NCBI GenBank assembly: GCA_002737665.1
Contig: NSIF01000003.1
Span: 8,334-72,333, forward strand
Length of the DNA: 64,000 bases
Origin: Flavobacteriales bacterium
Lineage (GTDB): Bacteria > Bacteroidota > Bacteroidia > Palsa-965
Reading direction: 5' to 3'
In this document: positions 18,992 through 29,359 of the stretch, piece after piece
How positions within the stretch are numbered: the first letter of the stretch is position 1
How the letters are laid out: each line of letters begins with the position of its first letter
Program-made: the position numbers and the translations under genes
Notes under the pieces: generated by a model
What the model saw: the letters and a program-made list of their open reading frames with translations, nothing else
What the model was told of the DNA's origin: nothing
The model's database searches: none

Positions 18992-20311
18992 ATGAGCAAC
19001 GTAATAACTGAGAAACAAATGAAATACAAAGTGAAAGATATCTCCCTCGCAGAGTGGGGTAGAAAAGAAATAAAATTGGCAGAAGTAGAGATGCCTGGAT
19101 TAATGTCGTTACGTGAGGAGTATGGTGCTTCTAAGCCATTGGCTGGGGCACGTATTGCAGGATGTTTGCACATGACCATTCAAACAGCTGTTTTAATTGA
19201 GACACTTGTTGAATTAGGTGCAGAGGTTACTTGGTCTTCTTGTAATATTTTTTCTACGCAAGACCATGCTGCTGCTGCAATTGCGGCTACAGGAATTTCG
19301 GTTTTTGCTTGGAAAGGTATGAATGCAGAAGAATTTGACTGGTGTATTGAGCAGACGCTTTGGTTTGGAGATGATCGTAAACCGTTAAATATGATTTTAG
19401 ACGATGGTGGTGATTTGACAAATTTAGTTTTTGACAAATTCCCTGAGCTAGCGGCTGGTATTAAAGGGCTTTCTGAAGAAACAACAACAGGAGTGCACCG
19501 TTTGCATGAGCGTATGAAAAACGGAACACTGTTAGTTCCTGCAATAAATATTAATGATTCCGTTACCAAATCAAAATTTGATAATAAATATGGTTGCAGA
19601 GAATCTTTAGTTGATGCAATACGCCGTGCTACCGATTTAATGCTAGCTGGAAAAGTAGCGGTGGTAGCAGGTTATGGTGATGTTGGAAAAGGTTCGGCAC
19701 AATCCTTAAGTTCACAAAATGTTCGTGTTATTGTGACGGAAATAGATCCTATTTGTGCGCTTCAAGCTGCCATGGATGGCTACCAAGTTATTAAAATGGA
19801 TAATGCAGTAAAAATTGCTGATATTATTGTTACTACAACAGGTAATAAAAATATTATTGTTGATCGCCATTTTAAAGTAATGAAGCATAATGCAATTGTT
19901 TGTAACATAGGTCACTTTGATACTGAAATTGATATGGCTTGGTTGAATTCTAACTATGGTCACACCAAAGACATTATTAAGCCACAAGTTGATAAATACA
20001 CAATTGATGGGAAAGACATTATTGTGCTTGCTGAAGGCCGTTTAGTTAACTTAGGTTGCGCAACGGGCCATCCTTCTTTTGTAATGAGCAACTCATTTAC
20101 AAATCAAACACTTGCTCAATTAGAGTTGTGGGTACATACAGCGAAATACGACAAGAAAGTTTATACTTTACCAAAAATTTTGGATGAAAAAGTTGCTCGT
20201 TTACACCTTGGAAAAATAGGAGTAGAGTTAGATGTTTTGAATAAAGATCAAGCAGACTACATTGGTGTACAAGTGCAAGGCCCTTACAAAGCTGAGGAGT
20301 ACAGGTATTAG
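18992..20311 (+). CDS. ahcY: adenosylhomocysteinase
   Basis: 439 aa. [27 protein letters not shown]..., NAD fold [10 protein letters not shown], and ...GHFDTEID...[18 protein letters not shown]. Confidence 0.97.
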   Translation: MSNVITEKQMKYKVKDISLAEWGRKEIKLAEVEMPGLMSLREEYGASKPLAGARIAGCLHMTIQTAVLIETLVELGAEVTWSSCNIFSTQDHAAAAIAATGISVFAWKGMNAEEFDWCIEQTLWFGDDRKPLNMILDDGGDLTNLVFDKFPELAAGIKGLSEETTTGVHRLHERMKNGTLLVPAININDSVTKSKFDNKYGCRESLVDAIRRATDLMLAGKVAVVAGYGDVGKGSAQSLSSQNVRVIVTEIDPICALQAAMDGYQVIKMDNAVKIADIIVTTTGNKNIIVDRHFKVMKHNAIVCNIGHFDTEIDMAWLNSNYGHTKDIIKPQVDKYTIDGKDIIVLAEGRLVNLGCATGHPSFVMSNSFTNQTLAQLELWVHTAKYDKKVYTLPKILDEKVARLHLGKIGVELDVLNKDQADYIGVQVQGPYKAEEYRY

Positions 20312-20330
20312 GATTTAATAATTCTATTTT

Positions 20331-20366
20331 AAAAAAGAGGAGAAATTAAATTTCTCCTCTTTTTTT
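20331..20366. terminator. bidirectional intrinsic terminator between convergent genes
   Basis: 10-bp stem gaggagaaat / atttctcctc with a 3-nt loop, flanked by an A-run (20331-20336) and a T-run (20360-20366). Confidence 0.75.
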
Positions 20367-20409
20367 GTATTCACATTTATGAAATTTCGTGGAATGCTTA
20401 TTAATTAAA

Positions 20410-20832
20410 CTAGTTTGTTACTCTTAAAACAGTTCCGTCAAAAATGCAACGAAATTGTCGAAGTGGAATGACCGCTAATCCAGAAATTGGACTTCCGTCA
20501 CTCAATAAAAATTGTGAGTTACAACTCAGGTCCTTTAGAATAATATTATTTGTTGTGTCAACAGCTACAATAGCACTAGGCTCCTCGGGTAAATAAGGGC
20601 ATGTTCTTTCGTATGCAGCGAATTCATTGAATCCCTTTCGGTAAACAATAACGCCACGATTCCCGCCCGCAAAATATTTCCAACCACCAACACTAACAAG
20701 GTTTATGTTTTGTGGTTCATTCACATAAATTATAAGATCCACATAAACATTGGGTACATACTGTCGATTTTTTTTACAATTTGTGAAAAGTAATAAAATG
20801 AAAACAATTATCAGATAGTTACTTTTGTACAT
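20410..20832 (-). CDS. lipoprotein with degenerate Rieske-like domain
   Basis: 140 aa. Lipobox-like LLLFTNC. CPY...x23...CNSQF stands where a Rieske domain has CxH...CxxH. The tail GLAVIPLRQFRCIFDGTVLRVTN resembles the Rieske C-terminal strands. Confidence 0.4.
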   Translation of the reverse strand: MYKSNYLIIVFILLLFTNCKKNRQYVPNVYVDLIIYVNEPQNINLVSVGGWKYFAGGNRGVIVYRKGFNEFAAYERTCPYLPEEPSAIVAVDTTNNIILKDLSCNSQFLLSDGSPISGLAVIPLRQFRCIFDGTVLRVTN

Positions 20833-20836
20833 GAAA

Positions 20837-20844
20837 CAAAGTTA
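20837..20844 (-). promoter_or_regulatory. -7 box TAACTTTG upstream of 20410-20832
   Basis: The plus strand reads caaagtta. It ends 4 nt before the ATG at 20832. Confidence 0.4.
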
Positions 20845-20882
20845 GCGAAGTTTTTCTTCGTCATCAACCTTGTTTAAAATTG

Positions 20883-20890
20883 TAAGTTTG
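20883..20890 (+). promoter_or_regulatory. -7 box TAAGTTTG upstream of 20909-21247
   Basis: Exact TAnnTTTG match, 18 nt upstream of ATG 20909. Confidence 0.4.
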
Positions 20891-20908
20891 TCAAGCAAAT
20901 ATAAGCGC

Positions 20909-21247
20909 ATGAAAACAAGAATTTTATTAATTGGCATTGCTATTCAGTTTCTACCACTTTTTTTAGCTGCACAAACAGATGCTGGTGGAGCTTCAAATAA
21001 AACTGAAAAGTCGGAGGAAGCCAAATCGCCGGACACAAAGTTGGAACGTCAAAAAGCTAAACGTCAGTGGAAGAAAAACAGAAAACAAGAAATGGGTGCT
21101 GCGAAAGCAAAAAAAGAATACAGTAAAAAATATAATACAAAGATGACTCGCAAGAGAATGAAGCGTTCCCAGAAGAAAGCGCTCCAGAACAATGCTCATA
21201 AGCGAGACTTTTTTCTCGTACGGTGGTGGAATAAAATATTCCATTAA
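20909..21247 (+). CDS. small secreted lysine-rich protein, unknown function
   Basis: ATG 20909 gives the signal peptide MKTRILLIGIAIQFLPLFLAAQ. The mature part is highly basic (KAKRQWKKNRKQ..., KKYNTKMTRKRMKRSQKK). Confidence 0.45.
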   Translation: MKTRILLIGIAIQFLPLFLAAQTDAGGASNKTEKSEEAKSPDTKLERQKAKRQWKKNRKQEMGAAKAKKEYSKKYNTKMTRKRMKRSQKKALQNNAHKRDFFLVRWWNKIFH

Positions 21248-21418
21248 TTAGTTTCGATGATGAATTATTGTCTTTTGTAAACCGTTGTTGGTTTTCCGTA
21301 ACATACGTTTTAAGCCATTGTGAATTTTAAGTTAAAAATATTTTGTAATTTGTGTTAAAATCTTTTATATTTACGCATTGAATTGCACTATTTATACATC
21401 ATACGAAATAGAATTATT

Positions 21419-24400
21419 ATGCTTCGAAAAATCTACCTAGTTATTACTATTTTAATGGTAAGCCTGACTCTTGCAACTGCTCAAAGTGGTGGTGCAATTA
21501 AAGGAAAAGTGATTGATAAAGCGACTCGTGAAGGCGTGCCTTTTGCAATCGTCACAGTCTCTATGAATGGTGTAAATGCTGGCGGGGCGCAAACCGACTT
21601 AGATGGCAATTACCAAATCAAACCTCTTAATGCAGGGGTTTATAGTGTTAAGATTCAATATACAGGTTATAAACCCGTTGAGATTGTTGGAGTAATAGTT
21701 TCAGATTTAAAAACAAGTTATCTTACCGGTACAGAAATATCTGCATCAAGTATTACAAATGCTGTTTTTGAGGTTGTAGAATATAAAGAACCACTTATTG
21801 ATCCAGATACAAAGTCAGGCAGTACAATTACTCGTGATGAGTTTATTGCAATGCCATCTAAAAATATTAACTCAGTTGCAGCAACCACAGCAGGTGTTTA
21901 CCAAGCTGATGAAGGTGGCGGACTTAATATGCGTGGTCAGCGTTCTGAAGGTACTGCTTATTTTATTGATGGCCAGAGAGTAATTGGCTCGGCGAATCTT
22001 CCACAGCAATCCATAGAACAAGTAAGTGTTATTACGGGTGGTGTTCCAGCTCAATTTGGAGATGCTACCGGTGGCGTAATTAACATTACAACTCGTGGAC
22101 CACAAAGCGAATATTTTGGTGGTGTAGAGTTAATCAGCTCTGAAATTTTAGATGATTACGGATATAATTTTGTTGGCTTTAGTGCCGGTGGACCAATTTT
22201 GATGAAGCGAGATGCCGTTAAAGGTAATCGTCCTATTCTTGGTTTTATTATTTCTGGAGAGGGCAGCACTGAAAAGGATCCTGACCCGTCAGCAATCGGA
22301 ACATATAAATTAAAAGATGAGAAATTAGCAGAGCTTGAGGTTAGTCCACTTCGCCCTTCCCCAACCGGTACAGGTTTTGTTCGTAATTCTGAATTTGTTC
22401 ATGCAAGCGATTTTGAAAAAATTAAAGCACGACAAAATGTGGCCTCTCGTACATTACGTTTGAATGCGAAAATTGACTTTAAACCAACAGAAAATTTAAA
22501 CATCACCTTTGGCGGATCTGTTGATTATAACTCTCGACACAATTATATTTATGATTATGCGCTATTCAATCCTTCAAACAACCCGCTTAACAATTCTAAT
22601 ACTTGGAGGGTTTATGCTCGCTTAACACAACGTTTTGGTTCGCAGGGAGCAGCAGCTGAAAAGTCTGCCTCAAACTTAAAAAATGCGTTTTATACAATTC
22701 AGGTTGGCTATACAAAAGTGATGTCAACAACACAGGATGATACACATAAAAATAAGTATTTCGATTACGGTCACATAGGAACTTTTAACCAATATAAAAC
22801 ACGGTCATTTATTCCTGGTAGCGTTGTGGTAGCTGGTGACACTTTATTCGGATATGTTCAATCTGCATTTTCAGATTCTGCACTTACGTATACTCCTTCT
22901 TATATAGATATGGATGGCAACACTGTTATTTCTCCAAATCCGCTTGAATCTAACTATACGGATTATGTGTATGCTAATTATAATGGGCAAATTGTGAATG
23001 GTAATGACATCCAATCAAGTTTAGGTCTTCTGAATGGTGACCGTCCATCTAACGTTTATTCTCTTTGGCTAAACACAGGTCGTCAATACCCTTCTTATTT
23101 TATTGATGATAAAACACAATTTCGTGTTTTTACAAGTTTCTCTGCTGATATAAAAGAGCACGCCATTCAGGTAGGATTTGAATTTGAACAACGCTCGGAG
23201 AGGGCATATTCATTGGGAGCAGCTGGACTTTGGACTCGAATGCGTCAACTTGCCAATAATCATTTAACACAATTGGATTTGGAAAATCCGACACAAGTGG
23301 ATTATGGTACTTACGATGCATTTACTTATGAACGTTTCTATGATGCAAGTCAGCAGAAATATTTTGATGCCCAACTTCGTGAGGCTTTAGGTATGCCAGT
23401 TACAAGTACTGATTGGATTGATATTGATGCTTTAGGTCCAGATTTTTACAATTTAGATATGTTTAGTGCTGATGATATGTTGTTGGATGGAAATAATATT
23501 GTTAGTTATAACGGTTACGATCACACAGGAAAGCGCCAAAATGGTGGAGCTTCATTTGACGATTTTTTTACCAAGAAAGATAAAGATGGAAATTTCACAA
23601 GAACTATTCCTGCATTCCAGCCAATTTATATGGCAGGTTACATCCAAGATAAATTTGATTTTAAAGATTTGAAATTTAATGTTGGTCTTCGTATCGATCG
23701 CTTTGATGCGAATCAAAAGGTGTTAAAAGATAAATATCTTTTTTATGAAGCAAAGACTGTAAAGGAAGTAGACAACTTTGTCCACCCTGAAAATATGGGC
23801 GATGACTATGTAGTCTATGTTGATGCGAATCCAAATCCAAATACTATTTTGGGTTATCAGTTTGAAGGAAATTGGTTTGATGCACAAGGAAATGAAATAG
23901 GAGATCCTTCTGTAATTGCACAAGCTTCGGGAACAGGTCAAATCACTCCTTACTTATTAAATCCTTCACAGACAACCATTAGTTCAAAAGCTTTTAAGGA
24001 TTACGAGCCACAGCTAAATTTTATGCCAAGGATAGCTTTCGCTTTTCCTATTTCAGATGAAGCTAATTTTTTCGCACATTATGACGTATTAACACAACGT
24101 CCAACTGATGGTTACCGATTAGATCCTTTACAGTATTATTACATTGCTAACCGTGTTGGATCATTCAATAATAATCCTGCATTGAAACCACAGCGCACAA
24201 CGGATTATGAGCTTGGATTTACACAAACATTAAGTGCTCGTAAGAATGCTGCTATAACAATTTCATCTTTCTACCGTGAGTTCCGCGATATGATTCAAGT
24301 TGTGGCAGTCAATTATGCATACCCAGTTAATTACCTTACTTACGATAACATTGACTTTGGTACTGCAAAAGGCTTTACTGTTGCCTATGACCTTAGACGT

Positions 24401-25102
24401 ACGAATGGTGTTCAATTAACTGCGAGTTACACACTTCAGTTTGCCGATGGCACTGGATCTGGATCTAGCGAAGCTGCTACACTTATTTCTTCAGGTCAAC
24501 CAAATCTTCGTACTACATTGCCTTTGGATTTTGATCAAAGACACGCAATTGTATGTAATGTTGATTACAGATTTGGATCTGGCGCAAATTACCATGGACC
24601 AGTGGTTGGAAATGGATCAACAAAACTTTTTGATAATGTTGGAGCTAATATGGTATTTCGTGCTGGTTCAGGTACACCATATACCCAACAATCCAATGCT
24701 ACGCCTGATGCACAGTTTGGAGTTGCAAGTCGTCCAAATTTAGAGGGATCTGTTAATGGTTCTCGTTTTCCTTGGCAGGTTCGAATGGATTTGAGAATTG
24801 ATAAAGACATTGACCTTCATTGGGGTGGCGATCAAGCAAAAGGTGAAAGTGCAAAGGAAGCAAGCTTGAATATTTACCTTCAGGTTTTAAATGTGTTGAA
24901 CACAAAGAATATTCAAAATGTATATCGTTATACAGGCAATGCCGCTGACGATGGCTATTTGAATGCTTCATCAACTCAAGCATTAATTAATGCACAAAAT
25001 GACCCAAATTCATTTAGAGATTTGTATGCTATAAAAGTAAATAACCCATCAAACTATAGTATTCCGCGAAGAATTCGTCTTGGTGTAATGCTCGACTTTT
25101 AA
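21419..25102 (+). CDS. Oar-like TonB-dependent outer-membrane barrel (carboxypeptidase-regulatory domain + plug + large barrel)
   Basis: ATG 21419 gives the signal peptide MLRKIYLVITILMVSLTLATAQ. IKGKVIDKATREGVPFAIVTV...DGNYQIKPLNAGVYSVKIQYTGYKP; plug-like LNMRGQRSEGTAYFIDGQRV...VITGGVPAQFGDATGGVINITTRGP; C-terminal ...RRIRLGVMLDF. No SusD-like gene is adjacent. Confidence 0.75.
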   Translation: MLRKIYLVITILMVSLTLATAQSGGAIKGKVIDKATREGVPFAIVTVSMNGVNAGGAQTDLDGNYQIKPLNAGVYSVKIQYTGYKPVEIVGVIVSDLKTSYLTGTEISASSITNAVFEVVEYKEPLIDPDTKSGSTITRDEFIAMPSKNINSVAATTAGVYQADEGGGLNMRGQRSEGTAYFIDGQRVIGSANLPQQSIEQVSVITGGVPAQFGDATGGVINITTRGPQSEYFGGVELISSEILDDYGYNFVGFSAGGPILMKRDAVKGNRPILGFIISGEGSTEKDPDPSAIGTYKLKDEKLAELEVSPLRPSPTGTGFVRNSEFVHASDFEKIKARQNVASRTLRLNAKIDFKPTENLNITFGGSVDYNSRHNYIYDYALFNPSNNPLNNSNTWRVYARLTQRFGSQGAAAEKSASNLKNAFYTIQVGYTKVMSTTQDDTHKNKYFDYGHIGTFNQYKTRSFIPGSVVVAGDTLFGYVQSAFSDSALTYTPSYIDMDGNTVISPNPLESNYTDYVYANYNGQIVNGNDIQSSLGLLNGDRPSNVYSLWLNTGRQYPSYFIDDKTQFRVFTSFSADIKEHAIQVGFEFEQRSERAYSLGAAGLWTRMRQLANNHLTQLDLENPTQVDYGTYDAFTYERFYDASQQKYFDAQLREALGMPVTSTDWIDIDALGPDFYNLDMFSADDMLLDGNNIVSYNGYDHTGKRQNGGASFDDFFTKKDKDGNFTRTIPAFQPIYMAGYIQDKFDFKDLKFNVGLRIDRFDANQKVLKDKYLFYEAKTVKEVDNFVHPENMGDDYVVYVDANPNPNTILGYQFEGNWFDAQGNEIGDPSVIAQASGTGQITPYLLNPSQTTISSKAFKDYEPQLNFMPRIAFAFPISDEANFFAHYDVLTQRPTDGYRLDPLQYYYIANRVGSFNNNPALKPQRTTDYELGFTQTLSARKNAAITISSFYREFRDMIQVVAVNYAYPVNYLTYDNIDFGTAKGFTVAYDLRRTNGVQLTASYTLQFADGTGSGSSEAATLISSGQPNLRTTLPLDFDQRHAIVCNVDYRFGSGANYHGPVVGNGSTKLFDNVGANMVFRAGSGTPYTQQSNATPDAQFGVASRPNLEGSVNGSRFPWQVRMDLRIDKDIDLHWGGDQAKGESAKEASLNIYLQVLNVLNTKNIQNVYRYTGNAADDGYLNASSTQALINAQNDPNSFRDLYAIKVNNPSNYSIPRRIRLGVMLDF

Positions 25103-25156
25103 GCTAAAAAAATTATTGCTCCAATACAGACAAGAAAAAAATTAAATTGAATTAAA

Positions 25157-28100
25157 ATGAAAATAAATCGCCAAATCAGGTCCCTATCAATTGCAGTTTT
25201 TATCTGCTTTGCTACCACAGCAATCGGAAGAGAAAACGGTGCCACAGGCCAGCGTCAATCAAATACAAGTTCTAGTAGATGGAATGGACAGGATCAATTA
25301 GCAGCCTCTTGTACGCCAGCATCAGCTAAAACTGACTTAGATATTAATAATGTACGTACCACGATAATGACTGGTGGCGATATGTGGTGGAATTTAAGCA
25401 CTGCTAAATATGAAATTCCAAAAGATGGTGGAGCGCATTCCATTTTTGCTGGGGCACTTTGGATTGGTGGTCTTGATGCTGGTGGACAATTGAAAGTAGC
25501 TGGAATGACATATCGCCAAACAGGAAATGACTTTTGGCCAGGCCCCTTAGATACCACTACAGTTTCTATTGATGGAACAACTTGTGCTGCATTTGATAAA
25601 CATTGGAAAATTACCAGAAAACAAGTTGAAGATTTTGGACTTTATTTAGCTGGCACACCACCAGCAGGGTATTCTGTTCCATTAGTAATTCAAAATTGGC
25701 CAGGAAATGGTGATGCAAGCTTAGGACAAGGTCATTATTTAGCTCCTTTTGTTGATGCTGATGGTGACGGATTTTATTCCTGGACTTCAGGTGATTATCC
25801 AGCGTATGATATTACTGGTTCATTAGGATGTTCAAAATTTCAATTATTTGGTGACCAATGTTTATGGTGGGTTTTTAACGATAAAGGGAATATCCATTCT
25901 GAAACTGGTGCTGCTGCAATTGGTTTAGAAATTCATGCTCAGGCATTTGCTTTTTCTACCAATGATGAAATAAATAATATGTCATTTTATCAGTATAAAA
26001 TTATTAACCGCTCTACTGTATCAATGACCAACACCTATTTTGGACAATGGACAGATGCTGATCTTGGCTCTTATGACGATGATTATGTTGGATGTGATGT
26101 TGCTCGTGGACTTGGATATACTTTTAATGGAGATGCAAATGACGGAGCAAGCGCATTGCCAACTGTAGGTACTTATGGTGCAAATCCTCCTGCAGTAGGA
26201 TTAGATTTCTTTGAAGGGCCTTTAGCTGACGCAGGCGATGCAATAGATAATGATCACGACGGCACCACAGATGAAATTGGTGAACAAATTATCATGTCTA
26301 AATTTGTTTATTATAACAACGATTTTAGTGTATTGGGTAATCCAGAGAACGCGACTCATTTCTATAATTATCTTTCTGGGTTTTGGAAAGATGGTTCACC
26401 TTTTACTTATGGAGGAAATGCATACGGAGGAACGACATTATGTGATTATATGTTCCCTGGCGATACAGATCCATTTGGTATTGGTTGTAACAATGTGCCA
26501 CAAGCAGACTGGAGTGAAGAGCTTGAAGGAAACACTCCGTTTGACCGTCGTATGATGCAGTCTGCAGGGCCTTTTACTTTACAGCCCGGTGCTGTAAATT
26601 ACGTTACAGTCGGTGCTGTTTGGGCACGTGCTGCAAATGGTGGACCTAGTGCATCAGTAGCGCTTATGCGTATAACTGATGATAAAGCACAAAATTTATT
26701 TGACAATTGCTTCAGAACTTTGGATGGTCCTGACGCGCCAGACATTACCATTCAAGAATTGGATAAAGAATTATTGCTTTACCTTACAAATAAACCAAAT
26801 TCGAATAATTATTTGGAGCGCTACAATGCTGGCGACCCTTCCATTACTTATTCTTCACTCTCTCCTTTATTAGCAGGTATTGATACAACTTATAGTTTTG
26901 AAGGTTATCAAATTTTCCAATTAAAAGATGAAACGGTTACCACTTCGGATCTATATAATTTGGATAAAGCTCGTTTGGTTGAACAATGTGATATAAGAAA
27001 CGGTATTGGAAGTTTAGTTAACCGCGATTTCGATCAAGTACTAAATGCAGATGTACCCAAAGACATGACCATTACTGCAAATGATGATGGCATTTCTCAC
27101 TCTTTCAGTATTAAAGATGATTTATTTGCAGCAGGTGATCGTCGCTTAATCAATCATAAAACATATTACTTTTTAGCTTTATCTTATTCGCATAATAGTT
27201 ATTTGTCGTATGCTGATGTTTCTTTTGATCTCCTTAATCCTATTGCTCCTTCTAATATTGGACAGAAAAAACCCTATTTAGCAGGTCGTCGTAATGTGAA
27301 ATCATATTCTGGAATACCCCATATTACATCCCCTGAGGCCGGTGGTACAAATCAAGCATCTTCTTATGGAAATGGTCCTAAATTGACACGTCTTGAAGGT
27401 TCTGGAAATGGTACAAATGTTCTGGATTTGACAGATGCTTCTATAAATGCCATTCTTAATGCGCCTCCAGTTGTGTTTACAAATAATGGTTCTGCTCAGA
27501 GCACTGGTGATTGGAATGGAACAGCTCGCGTAAATAACATTGAATATCAGAATGGAAAAGGTCCTGTTAATATTAAAGTGATTGACCCATTAAATGTTGT
27601 GGATGGAACTTATACAATTGAAATTACAAATAACACAACTAATACTTCAATTATTCCAAGTACAGCGAAGTGGACTTTGCATCAATTAACTCCTACTGCT
27701 CAATCTTGGAGTTCGGATACCACAATAACCATTTTTAGTAATTTTTCTAACGAACAAATTATTCCTGAACTTGGTTTATCAGTAACTTTTGCATCAGTTC
27801 AAAATGTTGGTACCAATAATAATCCAGACAAAAACAGTTATTTGGAATCTTCTATGGTATTTACAGAACCGACTAAAGATTGGTTGACGGGTGTTGTAGA
27901 TGATGACAGTCAATCTGAATCAAATTGGATTCGTTCTGGTACAACAACTGGAACCGGAGGATGCGCACCTTCTTTCAATGATCGATTTACTGGTGCAACA
28001 CCTCTTGATGCGGAAGCTGATTATGAGAAAGTTGTAAATGGAATTTGGGGCCCATACCGTCTTTGTGCCGACAATCTAAATCCTGCATTAACTACAATTT

Positions 28101-29311
28101 GTTATAGTGCTGGCCCTGCTTATTACCAAACCACCACAATGGTTCAAAACAAAATGGATAATATTTCCAACATTGATGTGGTGTTTACGAATGACAAGTC
28201 GAAATGGACTCGTGTACCTGTAATTGAAGTTGGATCAAACAGTTCACAAACTCAAAACGGTACAGGAACATTCTTACTTAGAAGTGGTGCATCGGTTGAT
28301 AAAAATGGATCATCCACAAATCTTGGTGGTGGCATTACTAATTCTGATTTCATTAGTGCAACAGGCATGAGTTGGTTTCCTGGTTATGCGATCAACGTTA
28401 CTACTGGTGAGCGATTAAATATGGCTTTTGCTGAGAATTCATCGCTTGTTGCCGACCGCGGTCGCGATATGCTTTGGAATCCTACATCAAATGAGCGTTC
28501 AACATTCGGAGATCCATTGTTTGGTGGCCAACATTATATTTATATTTTCGGTCACAATGGAAATGCTCGCTATATACCAAATTATGCAATTCCGTATTTA
28601 CAGAACGAATTGAAGGATGTTCCAGCTTACGATTATGGACGAATGATTATGAAGATCATGAAGCCAGCCAGTACTTATACATCAGCAAATGTGCAAACGG
28701 AACGCACTGAGATGTGGCGAGATGCAATGTGGGTAAGTATTCCAAAACTTGCCGATGATTACTCAACATGGAATTTCAATTACAGCGGCAATCCCTTGCC
28801 AACAGATGTAAAAGTTAGGTTACGTGTTGCTAAGCCATACAAAAGGGCGCTCACAGAAATTCTTGGAAATGCTACTTACCCATGGATTCCTACTGATACT
28901 GTTTTCGCTGCACAGAATGGAAATAATCCAATGTATTCTTTTAACACAGCTGATTTAAAAGTTGGTATTAACGATAACTTATTCGCAAAAAGTGCACTTG
29001 ATTTAATTAATGTCGTTCCAAATCCGTATTACGCTTATTCCAGTTATGAAAAAAATCAGTTAGATAATAGAGTTAAATTCACTAATCTTCCTGAAAAGTG
29101 TACAATTCGTATTTACACAGTAAGTGGACTTTTGATTAGAAAAATTACCAAAGATTCACCCATAACTTCAGTGGATTGGGATTTGAAAAACCAAGCTGGT
29201 ATTCCTATCGCAAGTGGACTTTATATTGTACACGTTGACGTACCAGATGTCGGTGAAAAAATTCTTAAGTTTTTTGGTATTCTTCGACCTGTTGACTTAG
29301 ATGCGTATTAA
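25157..29311 (+). CDS. 1384-aa secreted protein of unknown function with atypical CTD-like C-terminal beta-sandwich
   Basis: Long uninterrupted ORF, 54 nt after the barrel gene. Signal peptide MKINRQIRSLSIAVFICFATTAIG. Asp-rich DNDHDGTTDE. No catalytic motif recognised. Confidence 0.9.
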   Translation: MKINRQIRSLSIAVFICFATTAIGRENGATGQRQSNTSSSRWNGQDQLAASCTPASAKTDLDINNVRTTIMTGGDMWWNLSTAKYEIPKDGGAHSIFAGALWIGGLDAGGQLKVAGMTYRQTGNDFWPGPLDTTTVSIDGTTCAAFDKHWKITRKQVEDFGLYLAGTPPAGYSVPLVIQNWPGNGDASLGQGHYLAPFVDADGDGFYSWTSGDYPAYDITGSLGCSKFQLFGDQCLWWVFNDKGNIHSETGAAAIGLEIHAQAFAFSTNDEINNMSFYQYKIINRSTVSMTNTYFGQWTDADLGSYDDDYVGCDVARGLGYTFNGDANDGASALPTVGTYGANPPAVGLDFFEGPLADAGDAIDNDHDGTTDEIGEQIIMSKFVYYNNDFSVLGNPENATHFYNYLSGFWKDGSPFTYGGNAYGGTTLCDYMFPGDTDPFGIGCNNVPQADWSEELEGNTPFDRRMMQSAGPFTLQPGAVNYVTVGAVWARAANGGPSASVALMRITDDKAQNLFDNCFRTLDGPDAPDITIQELDKELLLYLTNKPNSNNYLERYNAGDPSITYSSLSPLLAGIDTTYSFEGYQIFQLKDETVTTSDLYNLDKARLVEQCDIRNGIGSLVNRDFDQVLNADVPKDMTITANDDGISHSFSIKDDLFAAGDRRLINHKTYYFLALSYSHNSYLSYADVSFDLLNPIAPSNIGQKKPYLAGRRNVKSYSGIPHITSPEAGGTNQASSYGNGPKLTRLEGSGNGTNVLDLTDASINAILNAPPVVFTNNGSAQSTGDWNGTARVNNIEYQNGKGPVNIKVIDPLNVVDGTYTIEITNNTTNTSIIPSTAKWTLHQLTPTAQSWSSDTTITIFSNFSNEQIIPELGLSVTFASVQNVGTNNNPDKNSYLESSMVFTEPTKDWLTGVVDDDSQSESNWIRSGTTTGTGGCAPSFNDRFTGATPLDAEADYEKVVNGIWGPYRLCADNLNPALTTICYSAGPAYYQTTTMVQNKMDNISNIDVVFTNDKSKWTRVPVIEVGSNSSQTQNGTGTFLLRSGASVDKNGSSTNLGGGITNSDFISATGMSWFPGYAINVTTGERLNMAFAENSSLVADRGRDMLWNPTSNERSTFGDPLFGGQHYIYIFGHNGNARYIPNYAIPYLQNELKDVPAYDYGRMIMKIMKPASTYTSANVQTERTEMWRDAMWVSIPKLADDYSTWNFNYSGNPLPTDVKVRLRVAKPYKRALTEILGNATYPWIPTDTVFAAQNGNNPMYSFNTADLKVGINDNLFAKSALDLINVVPNPYYAYSSYEKNQLDNRVKFTNLPEKCTIRIYTVSGLLIRKITKDSPITSVDWDLKNQAGIPIASGLYIVHVDVPDVGEKILKFFGILRPVDLDAY
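29003..29308 (+). other. CTD-like / FlgD-Ig-like terminal domain of the 1384-aa protein
   Basis: LINVVPNPYYAYSSYEKNQLDNRVKFTNLPEKCTIRIYTVSGLLIRKI...VDWDLKNQAGIPIASGLYIVHVDV...KILKFFGILRPVDLDAY. It resembles a T9SS sorting domain, but it has an insertion after PNP and an extra C-terminal tail. Confidence 0.45.
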
Positions 29312-29359
29312 ACTTTATTAATTGTTGTGAAATTTTCTAATTGATTTGAAAGAAAAATT

